Below, piece after piece: positions 19,601 to 30,029 of a DNA stretch of 64,000 nt. Both the position numbers and the translations under genes were made by a program. Every line of letters starts with the position of its first letter. Position 1 is the stretch's first letter. The stretch is from Candidatus Latescibacterota bacterium (GTDB lineage Bacteria; Latescibacterota; UBA2968; UBA8231). The stretch is taken from positions 6,144,001-6,208,000 of the forward strand of contig OZ253462.1 in assembly GCA_965261395.1 (NCBI GenBank). Reading direction: 5' to 3'. The notes below the pieces were generated by a model that saw only the letters and a list, made by a program, of their open reading frames with translations, ran no database searches and was not told the origin of the DNA.

Positions 19601-20905
19601 TCACACGAACTTCGGCCGGCCACAGCCGTCGTTGACCACGTAGCTGCGCGCTGGAATCGCCGCTTGATCGGGAATGACTAGATCGAGCGGCGAATCATTC
19701 TCAATGACGGTGCCAGCCCCCACGCGCACCCCGGCCCCCAATTTAATCGCTCCGGGCCGCACAGGACCCGCTATGATCGTGCCGATAGATACCGACACGC
19801 CGATTCGGCAATCCGGGCCGATCGCGACGATGCCGTTGATTTCGGAGTTGGCCCCAATCACCGTGCGGTCGCCCACCGGCACGGGGCCGAAAATCCCGGC
19901 ATCCGTGCCGATAAACACGTAGTCGCCAATGGTGGGATGGCGCTGCTGCACCTTGCCGCTGAGGCCGCCCAAAGTACACGGGTACATGTGGCACCCGCTG
20001 CCGATGATACCCGTCTGTCCAGTGGTTATGCCGCGATGGGGATGGTCGAGGAAGTTGGCATCACCAATCTGCGTTTCGGGATGGATATCCGCCTGGTAGT
20101 AGCGCCCCCCCAACTCGGCAATGGCTCGCGGCAGCAAGGGCACCGGCCGCCGCGTCAGCTCGGATTCGCCCGCCACCGAGCCAGCGCGCGTTAGGGCGTG
20201 GGCAATGTCGTGGTAGAATAGCACCCGCCAGCCCGGATAGGTGCTCATCACAAGCTGCATCTGGTAGTCGAAAATGAAGTCGCACTCCAGCGCGGCGAGA
20301 AAGCGGCGATAGTGATCGAAGTCGCGGCGGTGAATGGTCTCGTCCAAGGCGGCCCGGAAGTCGATCTTGAGCAGCCGTTCCTGAGTTAACCCGCAATTGT
20401 CGAGCAAATAGGCGTCCCAAACGGCCGGATCCCTAAGCGCGGCAAAGCGATTCCAGCGGGCACGCACCTTGTAGTCGGGCAGTTCCCACAGCAAGCAGAA
20501 GGTGCTCATCAGGGCCTTCTCTTCAGCACCTTCGCTCTCGCCGGCCGCCGAAAGCGACTGCGCGATCATCGCGTAGAGCTGGTCGGCGATCTCGCCGATG
20601 GCCTCGTCGAGCGACGGGTTTTGGTGCCCCGGCCCCAAGGCATTGTGCGAGCCAGGGGCGACGCATTCGAGCAAGTTGCCCAAAACCGTCTCCAGCAGGT
20701 CGCGGTCGACAAAACCGCGCCCGGAGCGCTGCGAGAGAATGTCCCGGTCCACCGCGTCGATGCGCAGCGCGGCAACCTCCTCCAAGGTGTAGATCGGCAC
20801 CAGCCGCTCTAGCAGCCGCTCTAGCAAGGCCCACTTGCGGCGTTGATACGCAGTGTCGAAAAGCGTGGAATTGCTCATAGTTTGCTCCCCATTTTGCCTC
20901 CTCAT
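19601..20905 (-). CDS. serine O-acetyltransferase-like left-handed beta-helix protein with a long N-terminal extension
   Basis: ADIHPETQIG, LDH, TLGG..QRHPTIGDYVFIG; extra hexapeptide turns at the C-terminus. Confidence 0.7.
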   Translation of the reverse strand: MRRQNGEQTMSNSTLFDTAYQRRKWALLERLLERLVPIYTLEEVAALRIDAVDRDILSQRSGRGFVDRDLLETVLGNLLECVAPGSHNALGPGHQNPSLDEAIGEIADQLYAMIAQSLSAAGESEGAEEKALMSTFCLLWELPDYKVRARWNRFAALRDPAVWDAYLLDNCGLTQERLLKIDFRAALDETIHRRDFDHYRRFLAALECDFIFDYQMQLVMSTYPGWRVLFYHDIAHALTRAGSVAGESELTRRPVPLLPRAIAELGGRYYQADIHPETQIGDANFLDHPHRGITTGQTGIIGSGCHMYPCTLGGLSGKVQQRHPTIGDYVFIGTDAGIFGPVPVGDRTVIGANSEINGIVAIGPDCRIGVSVSIGTIIAGPVRPGAIKLGAGVRVGAGTVIENDSPLDLVIPDQAAIPARSYVVNDGCGRPKFV

Positions 20906-20971
20906 AATTTTTAACGAAACTTACGGAACACACGCCGGGTTGCAACCCGACTTACCCCATAGGGAGAAACC

Positions 20972-21757
20972 ATGCATCCATTTGAATCACTGGTAGTACG
21001 CGAAGGCACCGTTGGCATCCACTGGTTTGGCCAGAGCACGTTTGGCCTCAAGGACGCGCAGGGGACCATCGTCCAAGTCGATCCCTACTACCCCCACGAG
21101 CGGCCGGCCGACCGCTTCATCCACGCCCGCCCCCCGCTTCACGAGGCGTCGCTACACACGGATTTCGTACTCCTGACCCACGACCACGGCGACCACACGT
21201 GCGTCGAGTCCATTGCGCGCATTGCCGCTGCCTATCCAGCCGTGCAGATCGTCGGCCCGGCGGAGAGCATCCAGCGCATCCGCAGCGCGGGCATTACGGC
21301 CGCCGCAACCACAGTTGCCGCTGGTGACGCAGCCAAATTGGGCACCATGGCGGCCCACGTGGTGTACGCCAAGCCTCCGGAGGGCCTGCCCAGCGACGAC
21401 ATCGCTCCGCCCGATGTGACCCACCTCGGCTACGTGGTGGAGGCCGGTGGTGTGCGCGTGTACATCTCCGGCGACCCGGTCAATACGTTTGCCGAGCACG
21501 AAGCATTACTCGCACCCATCCGCGACCTCAAACCCGACATCGGGCTGCTGACCAATCACCCCAGCGAAGGCGAATTCCCCTTCTTTGCTGGCTCGTCCAA
21601 GATGGCCTCGGCGCTCGGCCTCAAGGCCGCCGTACCGGCCCATTACGCCTGCTTTGTCACCCGAAATTATGATCCCCAAGAATGGGCGGCCACGCTCGCC
21701 GGGGTCGAGCCGCTGATCATCCCATACAATCAATCCGCCATCTATTCGGCCCGCTAG
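20972..21757 (+). CDS. MBL-fold metallo-hydrolase (UlaG-like)
   Basis: WFGQS, VDPY, LTHDHGDH, YISGD, VPAHY. Confidence 0.9.
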   Translation: MHPFESLVVREGTVGIHWFGQSTFGLKDAQGTIVQVDPYYPHERPADRFIHARPPLHEASLHTDFVLLTHDHGDHTCVESIARIAAAYPAVQIVGPAESIQRIRSAGITAAATTVAAGDAAKLGTMAAHVVYAKPPEGLPSDDIAPPDVTHLGYVVEAGGVRVYISGDPVNTFAEHEALLAPIRDLKPDIGLLTNHPSEGEFPFFAGSSKMASALGLKAAVPAHYACFVTRNYDPQEWAATLAGVEPLIIPYNQSAIYSAR

Positions 21758-21867
21758 CGCACCGGGGGTGGGCATGTTGATTTTATCACCCTCGTTTATT
21801 ATTATGGCACTTCAATCAACGCGCCGGAGATTCCCGGTGTTCACTTCAAACGCAAGGAGTTAAGAAC

Positions 21868-22815
21868 ATGCGGCGATTCACAATCGCAAGCATTTTCAGC
21901 CTCGCCCTCGTAAGCGCGGCAAATGCTCAGTTTTTCGATCCGCCCGCCCTAGAGGACCGCAATGGCGGTCAGGGATTTTGGTTTTACATGCTCGAAGTCC
22001 CCGATCCCAGTGCTATCACCGTCGACGGGCATAGCGACGACTGGAGTTGGTTCGACCCTGAGTACACCTTGACCATGGACGAGTGGCGCGACGAAGGCGA
22101 CCGGGCGGCCCCAGACCGCGACGACCTGTTCATCACCACCTTCATGGGTTGGAAGGGCGGCGACGACAACCGCTGGTACTGCTTCTTGGAAGCGGTTGAC
22201 GACGTGCTGGCGCACGCTGGCACCAACGTCGCTCGCTGGGACGGCGACATGCTACAGGTCGGCCTCGATCCGCAGGATCACGGACGCGAGCGCAGCCCGG
22301 CTTCGGGTTACACCATGGAGTGGCTGATGGCACCCGGCGACCTCAGTCCGCCGACCAACGTCGCTTTCCGCTACACCGAGCAAGAGGCGTGGGCCGAGTA
22401 CGGCGAATCGCCGTGGATCGAAATGGCCGTGCGCGTCGATCCGCCCGAAGCTTGGGCCGCCGACCTGTGGGCCGAGGGTGGCACCACGTACTACGAGTGG
22501 AGCGTCAAGGTCCTCGCCTTCCAAGAGGACACCGGCCCGTCAGCGAGCGAGGAATGGCAGCTAGACACAGTGGCCGGTGAAGACGGCGCGGGCATGCCTT
22601 TCGCCTTTTGGTACGAAGACGGCGAAGGCCCGGATTCGAGCTTCTCGCCCAGCGAAGACGGCACCCCGGGCGGCCGCAACGACTGGACCACCCGCGGCCC
22701 CGAAGCCTCGGCGCGGCAGTACTACTCCATTGCCAAGCTGCTGCGCGTCGGCGAGTACGCCGCCGCCACAGCAGTCGAGTCATCGACTTGGGGCAAGATC
22801 AAAGACTCGTTCTAA
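21868..22815 (+). CDS. secreted CBM9/DOMON-like protein with a C-terminal TAVESSTWGKIK tail
   Basis: Signal peptide; ITVDGHSDDW, DMLQVGLDP, TYYEWSV; terminal TWGxIK motif. Confidence 0.6.
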   Translation: MRRFTIASIFSLALVSAANAQFFDPPALEDRNGGQGFWFYMLEVPDPSAITVDGHSDDWSWFDPEYTLTMDEWRDEGDRAAPDRDDLFITTFMGWKGGDDNRWYCFLEAVDDVLAHAGTNVARWDGDMLQVGLDPQDHGRERSPASGYTMEWLMAPGDLSPPTNVAFRYTEQEAWAEYGESPWIEMAVRVDPPEAWAADLWAEGGTTYYEWSVKVLAFQEDTGPSASEEWQLDTVAGEDGAGMPFAFWYEDGEGPDSSFSPSEDGTPGGRNDWTTRGPEASARQYYSIAKLLRVGEYAAATAVESSTWGKIKDSF

Positions 22816-22841
22816 ACGCAAGGCGACCGACCGGTCGTAAT

Positions 22842-22871
22842 CGTAGGGGCGACCGGTCGGTCGCCCCTACG
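22842..22871. repeat. GTAG-type REP palindrome
   Basis: CGTAGGGGCGACCGGTCGGTCGCCCCTACG just after a stop codon; near-identical copy at 43946-43975. Confidence 0.8.
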
Positions 22872-22892
22872 TTATTTTTAGGGGGTTGCACC

Positions 22893-23606
22893 GTGTACAA
22901 ACGGCTCTGGGCTTGGTTCGTACTGCTGATCCTGCTGCTGGGGGCTTGCGGTCGCTACTTTCACACGCCGCTCCAGCCTGCCAGCCGCCAAGCCGAGGGC
23001 ATGACCGTCAACGACGACGGCTCCATCACCTACGCCCTCGACCGCCTGTCGATCAACCTCAAGCCCATGACGGACGAGGAATTAAACCGCCTCGCTCCCG
23101 GGCGAGATCTGTCCAACAATCCCTATACCTTTGGCGAATGGACTGCCGCGGGCGACGAGTGGACGCCGCCGCGGTTTACCATTTTTCGGCTCAAGGTCAG
23201 CAACTATCAATATCCCAAGGTCAAACTCGACCCGCTCAACGCGCGCATTACCACGGCCAACACCCGGCAGTACGAGGTGCTGAGCTACGCCGAATTATAC
23301 CAGTATTTTCGCTCGTATTGGCTGGGGCGCACGGGCCAAGGGCGCAAGACCTTTCAAGCTCGCACGGACGCACTCAAGCGGACGCTGTACAGCGGGGCCT
23401 TGGTCTTCAGCGGCAGCGAAGAACAGGGGTATCTGGTCTTTCCCCTCCTCGACGACGATGTCCGGGCGATCCAAGTATACATAGAAAACATTGTCTTGCG
23501 CTTCGACTATGCAGACGCCCCCGTAGAGGCGATTGACCTGAGCTTCTCCTTCCAGCGCAACATCCTGCAAGGGTATGACCCCTCGGCCGCGGTGCGGCTC
23601 AACTGA
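22893..23606 (+). CDS. hypothetical lipoprotein
   Basis: GTG start after GGGGG RBS; lipobox LLGAC; first gene of the coupled operon. Confidence 0.75.
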   Translation: MYKRLWAWFVLLILLLGACGRYFHTPLQPASRQAEGMTVNDDGSITYALDRLSINLKPMTDEELNRLAPGRDLSNNPYTFGEWTAAGDEWTPPRFTIFRLKVSNYQYPKVKLDPLNARITTANTRQYEVLSYAELYQYFRSYWLGRTGQGRKTFQARTDALKRTLYSGALVFSGSEEQGYLVFPLLDDDVRAIQVYIENIVLRFDYADAPVEAIDLSFSFQRNILQGYDPSAAVRLN

Positions 23607-25594
23607 TGACCGCCCGCGCGCCCAGATCCCTCGTCGGCACCCTCCTAGTGGTGCTTGGAGGACTAGCGCCAAGCGATGCCCAAGTCGAGGTGTGGCACAT
23701 CGGCAAGGGGGGGCTTTCGTGGGTTTCCCAGGCCGAGACGCAAATCGGCGCGCTGGACGTCGATGGTGCCCTACAGCCCTTGCAGCTACAGGCCGGGGAA
23801 AACCTCATTGAGCTGCTCCGCGCTTCAGGGCAACGCTTTCTCAACGGCCAACCCCGCGACTTCATCCTCGGCGGCCAGCCGCGCGCGTGGTCCAACGACG
23901 GCTTCTTCAACCAACTCGCCGGCCCCCTCGACCTGATCGATGGCGATCCGGCGACCTCCTCGTCGGGCGTGTTCAAGACCGCGCAGAGCCAAGCCGGGGC
24001 GACGTTCTTCTGGGATTTGGGCGCGCCCTTCCCAGTCAACCGCATTCGCTTCTTTCCCGCTCCCGACGATGACGCCTTTGTCAAAGCCTTTGAACTGCGG
24101 GTCAACGACGGCGAAAACTTCAACGACATCAACCGGCCGCAATACGAACTCTTGCGGCGGGTAGAAGTCAACCGCGAATCCACAGTAGACATCGAATTTG
24201 CCCCCTTGCAAGGCCGCTTCCTCCAGTTACGCGTGCTGTCGAAGACGGTGTTCAACATCGCGGAGTTTGAAATCTACGGGCAGGGCTTTGTGCCGGTCGC
24301 CAGCTACGAGTCGGCTCTGCATTCCTTTGGCGGACCGGTCAACTACGGCCGCTTGCGCGTACACACCACGCACCTCGGCGCAACCGCGGCCGCGACCGCA
24401 GCCATCCAGATGCGGACCGGAGCCGACGACAGCCCGCTGGCGTACTTTCGTCGCGACCGCGACACCGGTCGCCAGCAGGAGGTGCCGGCAGCCGAATACA
24501 ACACCAGCCTACCGAGGCGCGCCCTGTTCCGCCAAGACGCGGTCACCGGCGAGCTATTAGAGGAACTGGACCGAGCCAGCTATCTCAATCTGCCAATCGA
24601 AGAGCAAGGACCGGTGCGCGATTTTGCCAAGGGCGACATCCGCGACGACGTGGTCAACTGGAGCGCGTGGTCGCCGAGCACGCAGGTCGCCGGCACGGGC
24701 ATAGTCGAGGTGCCCATCGGGCTGCCCAGCCCGCGGGAATTCATGCAGTTCCGCATCCTCTTCGACGGCGACGCGGAAAACGCCGTGCGCATCGACACCT
24801 TTCAGGTGGAGTTTTCGCCCGGGCTAGTCAGCGCGGCCGTCGGCGAGGTGGCCCTCGCCAGCGATCCCTTTCCCGCCAGCGGCCTGCTCGAAGTCGCAGG
24901 GGGTATCGACACGACCTTTACCTACGACATCCGCACCGAATTCGCCGCCGGCGTGGCCGGGTATCGCGGCGTCCGCATCGAGGCATTTCCACCGCCAATA
25001 TTCGAGAGCCTGCAAATGGGCGATCCCCTCGCGGCCGTAGAAGACTTTGAATGGACGGCGACCGAGAGCGGCTTCGACATTCTCTTCGCGCCCATCGCCG
25101 CCGACAACAACCAGCCCCTGCGGCTCACCTTCCGCCTGCGGCTGCTGGTGCACAATACCCCGATCAATGCCTATCTCTTGGGCGCAGGGAGCGTCCCGCC
25201 GCATCCCATCGCCCCGGGCAATGCCAGCGAATTAGTGGGCACGAACGCGACCAACGCCTTTGTCACTCAAGCGCAGCCCGAGCTGCAACTAGCACTTTCA
25301 ACGGCCATCATCTCGCCCAATGGGGACGGCCGCAATGATGCCGTCGCCATTGACCTCGTGTTGTCCCAGTTTGCCGCGGATACGGCAGTCGCCGTCGAGA
25401 TCTTCGACCTTAGCGGACGCCGGGTGCGGCAGCTAGTCTCCCAGCCGCGGGCCGCCGGTTTTTACTCCGAAATCTGGGATGGTCGCGACGAACAAGGCGG
25501 TTTGGTCGCACCGGGCTTGTACCTCTGCCGCGTCGGCGTGGACGCCGACTTCGACGTGTTTGCCGCAGTAGAGCCGATAGGGGTGGCCTATTGA
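23606..25594 (+). CDS. secreted discoidin-like protein with C-terminal FlgD-Ig domain
   Basis: Signal peptide, WDLGAPFPVNRIRF, EFEIYGQG, SPNGDGRND, WDGRDEQGGLVAPGLY; ends GVAY. Confidence 0.8.
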   Translation: MTARAPRSLVGTLLVVLGGLAPSDAQVEVWHIGKGGLSWVSQAETQIGALDVDGALQPLQLQAGENLIELLRASGQRFLNGQPRDFILGGQPRAWSNDGFFNQLAGPLDLIDGDPATSSSGVFKTAQSQAGATFFWDLGAPFPVNRIRFFPAPDDDAFVKAFELRVNDGENFNDINRPQYELLRRVEVNRESTVDIEFAPLQGRFLQLRVLSKTVFNIAEFEIYGQGFVPVASYESALHSFGGPVNYGRLRVHTTHLGATAAATAAIQMRTGADDSPLAYFRRDRDTGRQQEVPAAEYNTSLPRRALFRQDAVTGELLEELDRASYLNLPIEEQGPVRDFAKGDIRDDVVNWSAWSPSTQVAGTGIVEVPIGLPSPREFMQFRILFDGDAENAVRIDTFQVEFSPGLVSAAVGEVALASDPFPASGLLEVAGGIDTTFTYDIRTEFAAGVAGYRGVRIEAFPPPIFESLQMGDPLAAVEDFEWTATESGFDILFAPIAADNNQPLRLTFRLRLLVHNTPINAYLLGAGSVPPHPIAPGNASELVGTNATNAFVTQAQPELQLALSTAIISPNGDGRNDAVAIDLVLSQFAADTAVAVEIFDLSGRRVRQLVSQPRAAGFYSEIWDGRDEQGGLVAPGLYLCRVGVDADFDVFAAVEPIGVAY

Positions 25595-27648
25595 CTGCGG
25601 TGAGCAACATGCGGTGGCTGGTGCTGATTCTCATCATCAGCAGTCCAGTGGCAGCGCAGACGCCCTCGGCTTGGGTCGTAGGGGGCACAAGCGGCGAGCC
25701 TTGGGCTGAGGCCGCAGAGCGCTGGATCGCCCTCGACGACACGGTGCGTTCCGGGGCGATTCAGCCTCGGGCGATTCCCCTAGGCCACACGGTTACTCGC
25801 CAAATCGTGCGCACCGGCATTGCCACGACCCAGCGCAACCTCTTTGGCTATCGCTGGAGCTTGCACAAGGGGCCGCGCCAGATCGAGGCCGACACCTTAG
25901 AAATCGGGTGGCACCCGCGCCTGTGGCAGGGAGGCGGAACCAACGCCCTCGCCGCAGAAGTCATGCGCGGATTAGTCGATGGCGACGGACTAACCGCGGG
26001 CTTTACCCACAAGGCGCGGGCCGATCGCCGCCCCAACAGCGTGCAGTTCATCACACTCGACCTCGGCGTACCCGTGCCCGTTGACAGCATCGTGTTCTTT
26101 CCGCCGCAGACCGGGCTGACCAGCGACAACCAGCGGCAGCGCGAGCTGTTCGCCCGCGCCTATGAAGTCAGCCGGACCAACGTACCGGTCGAATGGCTGA
26201 TCTTTGAAGACGAGACTACCTCGACCGGGTCGGCGGGGTACCACCCGCTCGACGAGATTCTCGCCAGCACCTTTGCCAACAACACCAGCGTCGTCTCCCT
26301 CGCACCGGACCTGCGCTTTACCCGCTTTCTCCGCTTCAAGTTCGGAGAAGTTTCCACCACGACTTTGCTGGCCGAAATCGAGGTCTTTGGCCGCGGCTAC
26401 CCCCAAGAGGCCCGCTACATCTCCGCGCCCCATTCTTTCGACCAAGCCGTAAGCTTGGGACGGGTCACGTGGAAATTCACCCGCTATCGCCAATTGCCTT
26501 CTGGCGCGATCACCGCCGACCCCACCGCACCGGTGCAGCTAAACTTGCAGACCCGCGCTGGCTTCGACCCCGATCCCAAGACGTACTTCATCTTCGACGA
26601 CCTCGGCCGACTGGTGGAAGTAGATGAGGAGACCTATTTCGACTCGCCGAGGGTGGTGGAGCGGTTTTCCGAGGGGATCGCCGGTTTCCGGGCTAAGCGC
26701 GACGACGACATAGAAAACTGGAACAACTGGTCGGTTGATTACCAAGCCTCGGGCGACGAGATCCGCTCCTCTGACGGAGCCGAGTTCCTCCAGTTTCGCT
26801 TTACCATCACCACCGAAGACCCGCTGGCCTTTGGCGTGCTCGACAGCTTGGCTTTTGAAGTCTCGCCGCTGTTGGCCGATCGCGCGCTGGCGGAAATTGT
26901 CCTCGACGGGCGCGCCGATGCGGACGGTGCCGTCGAGGTGCCCCTCGGGGTCGTCCAGCGCTTTGCCTATCACATTCGCACAGTGGCTGGCGCAACCGAC
27001 CGCGCGGGGTTCGACGGCATCGAGTTAGAGGTTCCTCCGGCCAGCCGCTTTCTCGACCTAACCATCGACGACCAGCCAGCGACCGAGGGCGTGGACTTTT
27101 CCCTCGCCGCCAGCGACGGGCGGTTGCGCTTCACCTTTCCCACGGCGTTCCAAGAAGACAAGGCGTTTCGCGTGCGCTTTCAAGGCGCGGTCTTCCAGCC
27201 CTCGGTCTTTTTGGCCAGCCGCCTTTTTAACACCTCGGCTGCTAGCTTGCCCCAGTCCATTGAGGGTGGAGATGCTCACGCCGACGTGGCCAGCAACAGC
27301 ATCCAAGTCGTTTCCAGCGACGCGGCCTTGGGCGTCCTCGGGGCGGTTGAGTTGTCTTCGCCCGTGGTCACGCCCAACGGCGATGGGACCAATGAGCAGG
27401 TCGCCATTGGCTTCGACTTATTCGGCGTCGCTGGGGGTGCGTTGCGGGTGGAGGTGCGCGACCTGAGCGGTCGTCGCTGCGCCGCGATCTTGGACGCGCG
27501 GGCCGCAGCCGGTCCGTACGCACTGCAGTGGGATGCGCGGGACGAGCGGGGAGAACTCGTGCCCCCAGGACTGTACCTAATCCGCGTTGAGGTAGAGGTC
27601 GATCACGGCACGTTCGCCCGCATGGAAGCGGTCGGAATCGCGTACTAA
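25591..27648 (+). CDS. secreted discoidin-like protein with C-terminal FlgD-Ig domain (paralog 2)
   Basis: LDLGVPVPVDSI, EIEVFGRG, TPNGDGTNE, WDARDERGELVPPGLY; ends GIAY. Confidence 0.8.
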   Translation: MTAVSNMRWLVLILIISSPVAAQTPSAWVVGGTSGEPWAEAAERWIALDDTVRSGAIQPRAIPLGHTVTRQIVRTGIATTQRNLFGYRWSLHKGPRQIEADTLEIGWHPRLWQGGGTNALAAEVMRGLVDGDGLTAGFTHKARADRRPNSVQFITLDLGVPVPVDSIVFFPPQTGLTSDNQRQRELFARAYEVSRTNVPVEWLIFEDETTSTGSAGYHPLDEILASTFANNTSVVSLAPDLRFTRFLRFKFGEVSTTTLLAEIEVFGRGYPQEARYISAPHSFDQAVSLGRVTWKFTRYRQLPSGAITADPTAPVQLNLQTRAGFDPDPKTYFIFDDLGRLVEVDEETYFDSPRVVERFSEGIAGFRAKRDDDIENWNNWSVDYQASGDEIRSSDGAEFLQFRFTITTEDPLAFGVLDSLAFEVSPLLADRALAEIVLDGRADADGAVEVPLGVVQRFAYHIRTVAGATDRAGFDGIELEVPPASRFLDLTIDDQPATEGVDFSLAASDGRLRFTFPTAFQEDKAFRVRFQGAVFQPSVFLASRLFNTSAASLPQSIEGGDAHADVASNSIQVVSSDAALGVLGAVELSSPVVTPNGDGTNEQVAIGFDLFGVAGGALRVEVRDLSGRRCAAILDARAAAGPYALQWDARDERGELVPPGLYLIRVEVEVDHGTFARMEAVGIAY

Positions 27649-27658
27649 TGGAGGCGAC

Positions 27659-30016
27659 ATGAAAACTCTACAGCTAGCGGTTGCTTTCCTCCTGCTCGCG
27701 GCCGCGGCCAGCGGCCAGAACCTGCGCTTTGCCGGGTCCGACTTTGCTTCTTGGGCCCACCCGCAGGGGCTGGTCGAGGTCTTGCCGCAAGGCATTAAAG
27801 TGAAGCGCTTTGAGCAGCGGTTTAACGCGGTGGCCAACGCCCGCGAGTTTTCCGCCAAGGCCATCGGCGACTACGGGCAGCGCTTTGCGCGCACGCCGTC
27901 CAACCAGCAGCAGGCCGACCTAGCCGGCGACCAAGACCCCAACACTTGGTGGCAACCCGACCCGGACACCCCGGTGCAGTTGTGGTGGCTGGAGCTGGAC
28001 TTGGGGCGCACCGTGGTGGCCGACAAGGTGCGCGTCCGCTTCCCCAACCGCGAGGGGGCCAAGCCCTTTAACTTTTTTTCGCTGTACGTCAGCCCGGGCA
28101 TTCCGGTATTCGGCGGTCGGGCCAAGCGCATCGTCTATCGCCGGCTGGGCCGACCGATTAACAACAACACCGAGTCCTTGGTCGAATTCGACCTCACCAC
28201 GACCGGCCTTGCCACGGCCACGGGCGAGCATCTGAGCGCGGACGAGGTCCTCGACTTCGACATCGTGCGCTTCGTGCGCTTTGAAGCAGCCGGTGCAACG
28301 CCCGATGCCGCGCTCGCCGAAATAGAGGTGGACGGCATTGGCTTCAACCTCTCCTCCATGGTGCAGACCGAAGATCGGACCGAGCACTGGGGAGGACGGA
28401 CGTGGACGTCCAAGCACCGCGACTGCCAAGGCTGCGGCAAGGGCAGCGGGTCCCAAGCCCTCATCGACCAAGACGTGGGATTTCGCGGGTGGAACATCGA
28501 GGCGTCGGACAAGGGCAATTGGCGCGATTCAGGCGTCTGGTCCGTCGTCGATTTCGGCAACGTCTTTCGCGTCGATCGCCTCATCTGGATGCCCATTGTG
28601 TCGGGCCGCGGCCCGTTCCTCTACGGCTTCCAGCGCGACAAGCAGGGCAGTTGGCCCAGTTTCGATTTCTTCGCTTCCAACGGCACTCCCAGTAACAGCA
28701 CCGACCCAGTCGTCGAAGGCCCTTTCCACTACGAATTGCTGTCTTCCGTGGCCAACTCTGGCCGCTATTTGTTCGACTTCCAGTTCGAGCCGCGCGCGCT
28801 GCGGCTGCTGATGTGGCGCGTGACGCGGCCGCAGCAGTTCCACCGCGCCGTCCAACTCTTCGTCTTCCACAGCGAAGGCTATCCCGTGCAAATCGAGCTG
28901 GAGTCCGCAGACATTTTCCTCGGCGGTGCCCGCAGCATGCGCTTCGTCGAATGGGACGCCGACCTGCCGCCCAGAACTCGCATCGAAGTGGAAACCCAGA
29001 CCGGCAATGGCTTCCAGACCATCACGCGCTACTTCCTGTCCAATGGCAAAGAAGTGACCAAACAAGCCTACGAGTCGGCCAAGTCCCGCAACCGCGGCGA
29101 CATCGTCGAGGAACAGGTGCGCGACGACACCTGGAGCGCGTATAGCCAACCCCATCGGTTCTCAGGGCAAGCATTCCTCTCGCCGTCGCCGCGGCAATGG
29201 CTGCGGGCGCGGGTGCGGCTCATCAGCGACGATCCAGCGGCCTTCCCCACCCTGCGATCGCTCACATTTGTGGCTAACGCGCCGATCATCACGGCTGGCC
29301 TGACGGGCCGCGTCTTCCCCCGCGAAGCCCCCATGGACACATTGCAGACGTTCCGCTACACCATCGCGCCGGTGGCCTTCAACAGCCGAGACACGGGGTT
29401 CGACCGCGCGCTAATCCTACTCCCGCCCGGCGGCGGCCGTGACGTCGTATTCATCAGCGCATCCGTAGGAGGAGCAGAAGTCGAGGCCACTGGCCTGTTG
29501 CGGGGGGATTCGCTCTTGGTGGAACTGCCGCCGCCGCTGGTCCGGCGGGATTCGGTCGCCATCGCCTTTTCCACCCGCTTGTCCCACAGCCCGACGACCT
29601 TCAAGGCGTTCGTCTTCAACTCGGCCGCCGGCGACAACCTCCAAGGCGTCGTCCCCGCTGAGTTCGGCGCTGACTTGGTCTTCGTGCCCGAGGCAGTCGC
29701 TGGCGGCTCGTTGATCCGCAACGTCGAACACACTCGGTTGATAACCCCCAACGGCGATGGCGCAAACGACCAATGCGAACTGCAATTTACCGTGGTAAAA
29801 ACCGAGCGCGCACCGCAAGTACAGGTCTTTACCCTAGATGGCCAGCCCGTGGTCGAGCTTGCAAGCCAAGGCCTGCCGGGGCGGCGCGTCCGCTACGTCT
29901 GGGACGGACAAAGCGCCGGCCGCGCGGTGCCGCCCGGCGTCTATGTCCTGCGTATTGCCATAGAAGCAGATGCCCGCGCCGACCGGGCTTACAGGCTCGT
30001 ACATGTTGCTTATTAA
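27659..30016 (+). CDS. secreted discoidin-like protein with C-terminal FlgD-Ig domain (paralog 3)
   Basis: LDLGRTVVADKV, VDFGNVFRVDRL, TPNGDGAND, WDGQSAGRAVPPGVY; ends HVAY. Confidence 0.8.
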   Translation: MKTLQLAVAFLLLAAAASGQNLRFAGSDFASWAHPQGLVEVLPQGIKVKRFEQRFNAVANAREFSAKAIGDYGQRFARTPSNQQQADLAGDQDPNTWWQPDPDTPVQLWWLELDLGRTVVADKVRVRFPNREGAKPFNFFSLYVSPGIPVFGGRAKRIVYRRLGRPINNNTESLVEFDLTTTGLATATGEHLSADEVLDFDIVRFVRFEAAGATPDAALAEIEVDGIGFNLSSMVQTEDRTEHWGGRTWTSKHRDCQGCGKGSGSQALIDQDVGFRGWNIEASDKGNWRDSGVWSVVDFGNVFRVDRLIWMPIVSGRGPFLYGFQRDKQGSWPSFDFFASNGTPSNSTDPVVEGPFHYELLSSVANSGRYLFDFQFEPRALRLLMWRVTRPQQFHRAVQLFVFHSEGYPVQIELESADIFLGGARSMRFVEWDADLPPRTRIEVETQTGNGFQTITRYFLSNGKEVTKQAYESAKSRNRGDIVEEQVRDDTWSAYSQPHRFSGQAFLSPSPRQWLRARVRLISDDPAAFPTLRSLTFVANAPIITAGLTGRVFPREAPMDTLQTFRYTIAPVAFNSRDTGFDRALILLPPGGGRDVVFISASVGGAEVEATGLLRGDSLLVELPPPLVRRDSVAIAFSTRLSHSPTTFKAFVFNSAAGDNLQGVVPAEFGADLVFVPEAVAGGSLIRNVEHTRLITPNGDGANDQCELQFTVVKTERAPQVQVFTLDGQPVVELASQGLPGRRVRYVWDGQSAGRAVPPGVYVLRIAIEADARADRAYRLVHVAY

Positions 30017-30029
30017 GAGGGAGCGCACT

